DNA of 64,000 nucleotides, taken from assembly GCA_051362555.1 (NCBI GenBank), contig CM120644.1, positions 22,776,534 to 22,840,533 on the forward strand, in the 5' to 3' direction. Positions 61,897-64,000 of this stretch are shown piece by piece. Below the pieces are notes generated by a model that was not told the origin of the DNA, searched no databases, and saw only the letters and a program-made list of their open reading frames with translations. Source of the DNA: Lingula anatina (lineage: Eukaryota; Animalia; Brachiopoda). Numbering within the stretch: the stretch's first letter is position 1; each line of letters begins with the position of its first letter. Both the position numbers and the translations under genes were made by a program.

Positions 61897-64000
61897 ATGT
61901 GGCTGTATCTGGTGGCTGTTTTCGTCATCCTGGCGTCAGTATGGCTGTGGTACGTACAATACTACATCAAATGTGGTATTGTAGTAGGTATAATATATCA
62001 CTATATCATAGTATGGCTGTGGTAGGTACAATATATCACCAAATACAAACGTGATATTGTAGTGGATTTAAAACCGAGCATACATATACATATACATATA
62101 CATATAACTAATTTGATCATTTGACTAGCACAGTTTTGAATTCACGTTTTGCAATAATGAAACAATCACTACAGTGTGGACGTTCCCCTAATAAGCTGTG
62201 ACTATAATACATGCTATATGCACAAGAGTTGTCAAAAATCTCTCGACTTCTCCAAGCTCTAAGGCTTCGTTCACATGCAATGTCTATTTTCTATTTTCTA
62301 TTTTCTATTTTCGGTATGTCTTATGATCACGGTCTGTGCACTGAATATCCCGCGGCGTAATTACTGGCAGCGCGAGCCAGTTACTATAAGTTACTATAAG
62401 TAATTACTGGCAGCGCGAGCCAGTTACTATAAGTTACTATAAGTAACTGGCTCGCGCTGCCAGTAATTACGCGGCGGGATATTCAGTGCACAGACCGTGA
62501 TCATAAGACATACCGAAAATAGAAAATAGAAAATAGAAAATAGACATTGCATGTGAACGAAGCCTAATTGACAATTTACTGTGATACATGTAATAAAAGT
62601 GAGTGACCCGTCAAGTACTCTGAATAAGAAATATAATTATTATCACAAGCATTGCATTATTATTACAAGGCGGATCTTGGATTATTTGAAGAGGGGGGTC
62701 CGCTTAATGGCCCCGACACATTTTTGGTATTTACGAATGCGAACAGTGCTATGATTCAGCTAGTGAGCAAAAAGGTTCATTAGCTTGGTTGTTGGATAAA
62801 TATGAAAATTCTCAGACACAAGCCTAAAATTTTCCGTACTCACGTCAGTCTGATGAAGGCCTTCGACCAGGTTGGCCGTAAGCTAACGGTACGGAAAATT
62901 TTAGGCTTGTGTCTGAGAATTTTCATATTTATGATTCAGCTAGTTGAAATTCTAATTTCAAGAGGGGACCATTGGTGATTTTTCTTCAGAAATCGAAAGG
63001 GGTCAGGGCCTCCAATACCTCTCTCCCCTAAATCTGCCACTGTATTATACCTATCCCTAAGATAAACAACCCGTGTTATTTTGCATTTAGGCAGAGGATA
63101 GACAGTTTCCGTGTGTTCAAGAAGATGGGAATCAACGGTCCTCCGCCAAACCTCATATTCGGAAATTTCAGACAGATAATGGTTTGTTTTCACATTGGAA
63201 AATAACAAAACTGCAAATAAACAGTGTATTTTTAATCAGATAATTGTGAAAAATTACTAGCTCATTCCCGAAATGATGAAATACGCTGCATTTACTATCA
63301 ACGTATAAAGTAATTGCCAGTTGTAATATCATACATGTGGAAGGCTTTTCACAAGTAGTTGCCCTCGTCGTTACTTTATCCCAGTAACACCGTGCATGTA
63401 TTGGGAAACAGCATTCATGTCGATTGTGTCCTCAGGTGACCATGATATTTAAGCTGCAATAACCTTTAATTACAATTATACTTTTAAAAAGGACGTAGGG
63501 ACATTTGTTCACGTTTTGGGTTGCTATATCAATGTCCAATGTTTACGATGTAAAGCCGTTCCAATTTGCATCCAGAGTTTGTAAAAATATATAACTCACT
63601 CTGGATACCAATATTTGAACTACAAAAAATAGTGAAATGCACATTCATTTTGATCTAGTCCCAGCCAGTTTGGATGGCATACAGAAAGTGGGAACAGCTC
63701 TATGGAAAAACGTTTGGGTATGTATGAACGCACTCTTCACATATATACAACATATTCTCAAGTCCTTTTTAGTCTTTATTATCATTTACTATTTTTGTTG
63801 CTTTAAGCAACTCTTCAAAAGATTGGTGCCTAATCGCCACTATTTATTGCGATACATGCCAGATATATAATACCAGTGTTCCAAAGCATATTTTAACAGG
63901 GTCTTGTCTTTATTTTAGGGTCTTCTTCCTCAATTCTCCCAGTATAGTGACCTCAGATGTCGATTTTCTGCAAGAAGTCTTTGTCAAACAGTTCAGTAAT
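61897..64000 (+). CDS. Tandem paralogue of the clan-3 P450, partial (runs off the window)
   Basis: Exons 61897-61949, 63091-63181, 63659-63717, 63919->64000 are nearly identical to exons 1-4 of the upstream gene, with intact splice sites and no stops. Confidence 0.92.
62263..62564. mobile_element. Near-perfect palindromic PIF/Harbinger MITE, copy 2 only
   Basis: ggcttcgttcacatgcaa / ttgcatgtgaacgaagcc with TAA TSD. Empty site gctctaattgac at ~36211. Confidence 0.9.
62765..62929 (+). mobile_element. Penelope-like retroelement fragment with a degenerate hammerhead ribozyme
   Basis: 15-bp TSD tatgattcagctagt. A ~43-bp inverted repeat encloses ctgatga-a-ggcc..ggcc-gtaagcta (62850-62886). Confidence 0.65.

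Larger units (their letters stand above)
52875..64000 (+). repeat. Tandem segmental duplication, copy 2
   Basis: Same blocks as 29795-37540, interrupted by different insertions. Confidence 0.9.

Noticed and set aside
1-64000. tRNA/rRNA genes or prokaryotic operons
   Set aside because: None recognised. Spliceosomal introns and animal TE families indicate metazoan DNA.

Overview
AT-rich animal (probably marine invertebrate) genomic DNA dominated by nested, mostly non-autonomous transposons. I hand-spliced a complete 13-coding-exon clan-3 cytochrome P450 gene (33945-51376, +, 537 aa). The first four exons of a recent tandem paralogue follow (61897 to the window end), inside a duplicated block (~29.8-37.5 kb vs ~52.9-64 kb) whose copies differ by independent TE insertions. 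A 1.6 kb uninterrupted ORF (24487-26109) fuses three ankyrin repeats to an intact-triad trypsin-like protease of the bacterial/NAL1 type, with no signal peptide visible, and is followed by decayed partial copies of itself. Other notable structures are a 5.4 kb palindrome with Polinton-like termini whose spacer holds clustered p53-type sites plus a TATA box and splice donor, a hAT-like element with an atypical 3-bp TSD, and a Penelope-like insert with a degenerate hammerhead ribozyme. All TE superfamily names are inferred from termini, TSDs and remembered motifs; no database search was run.
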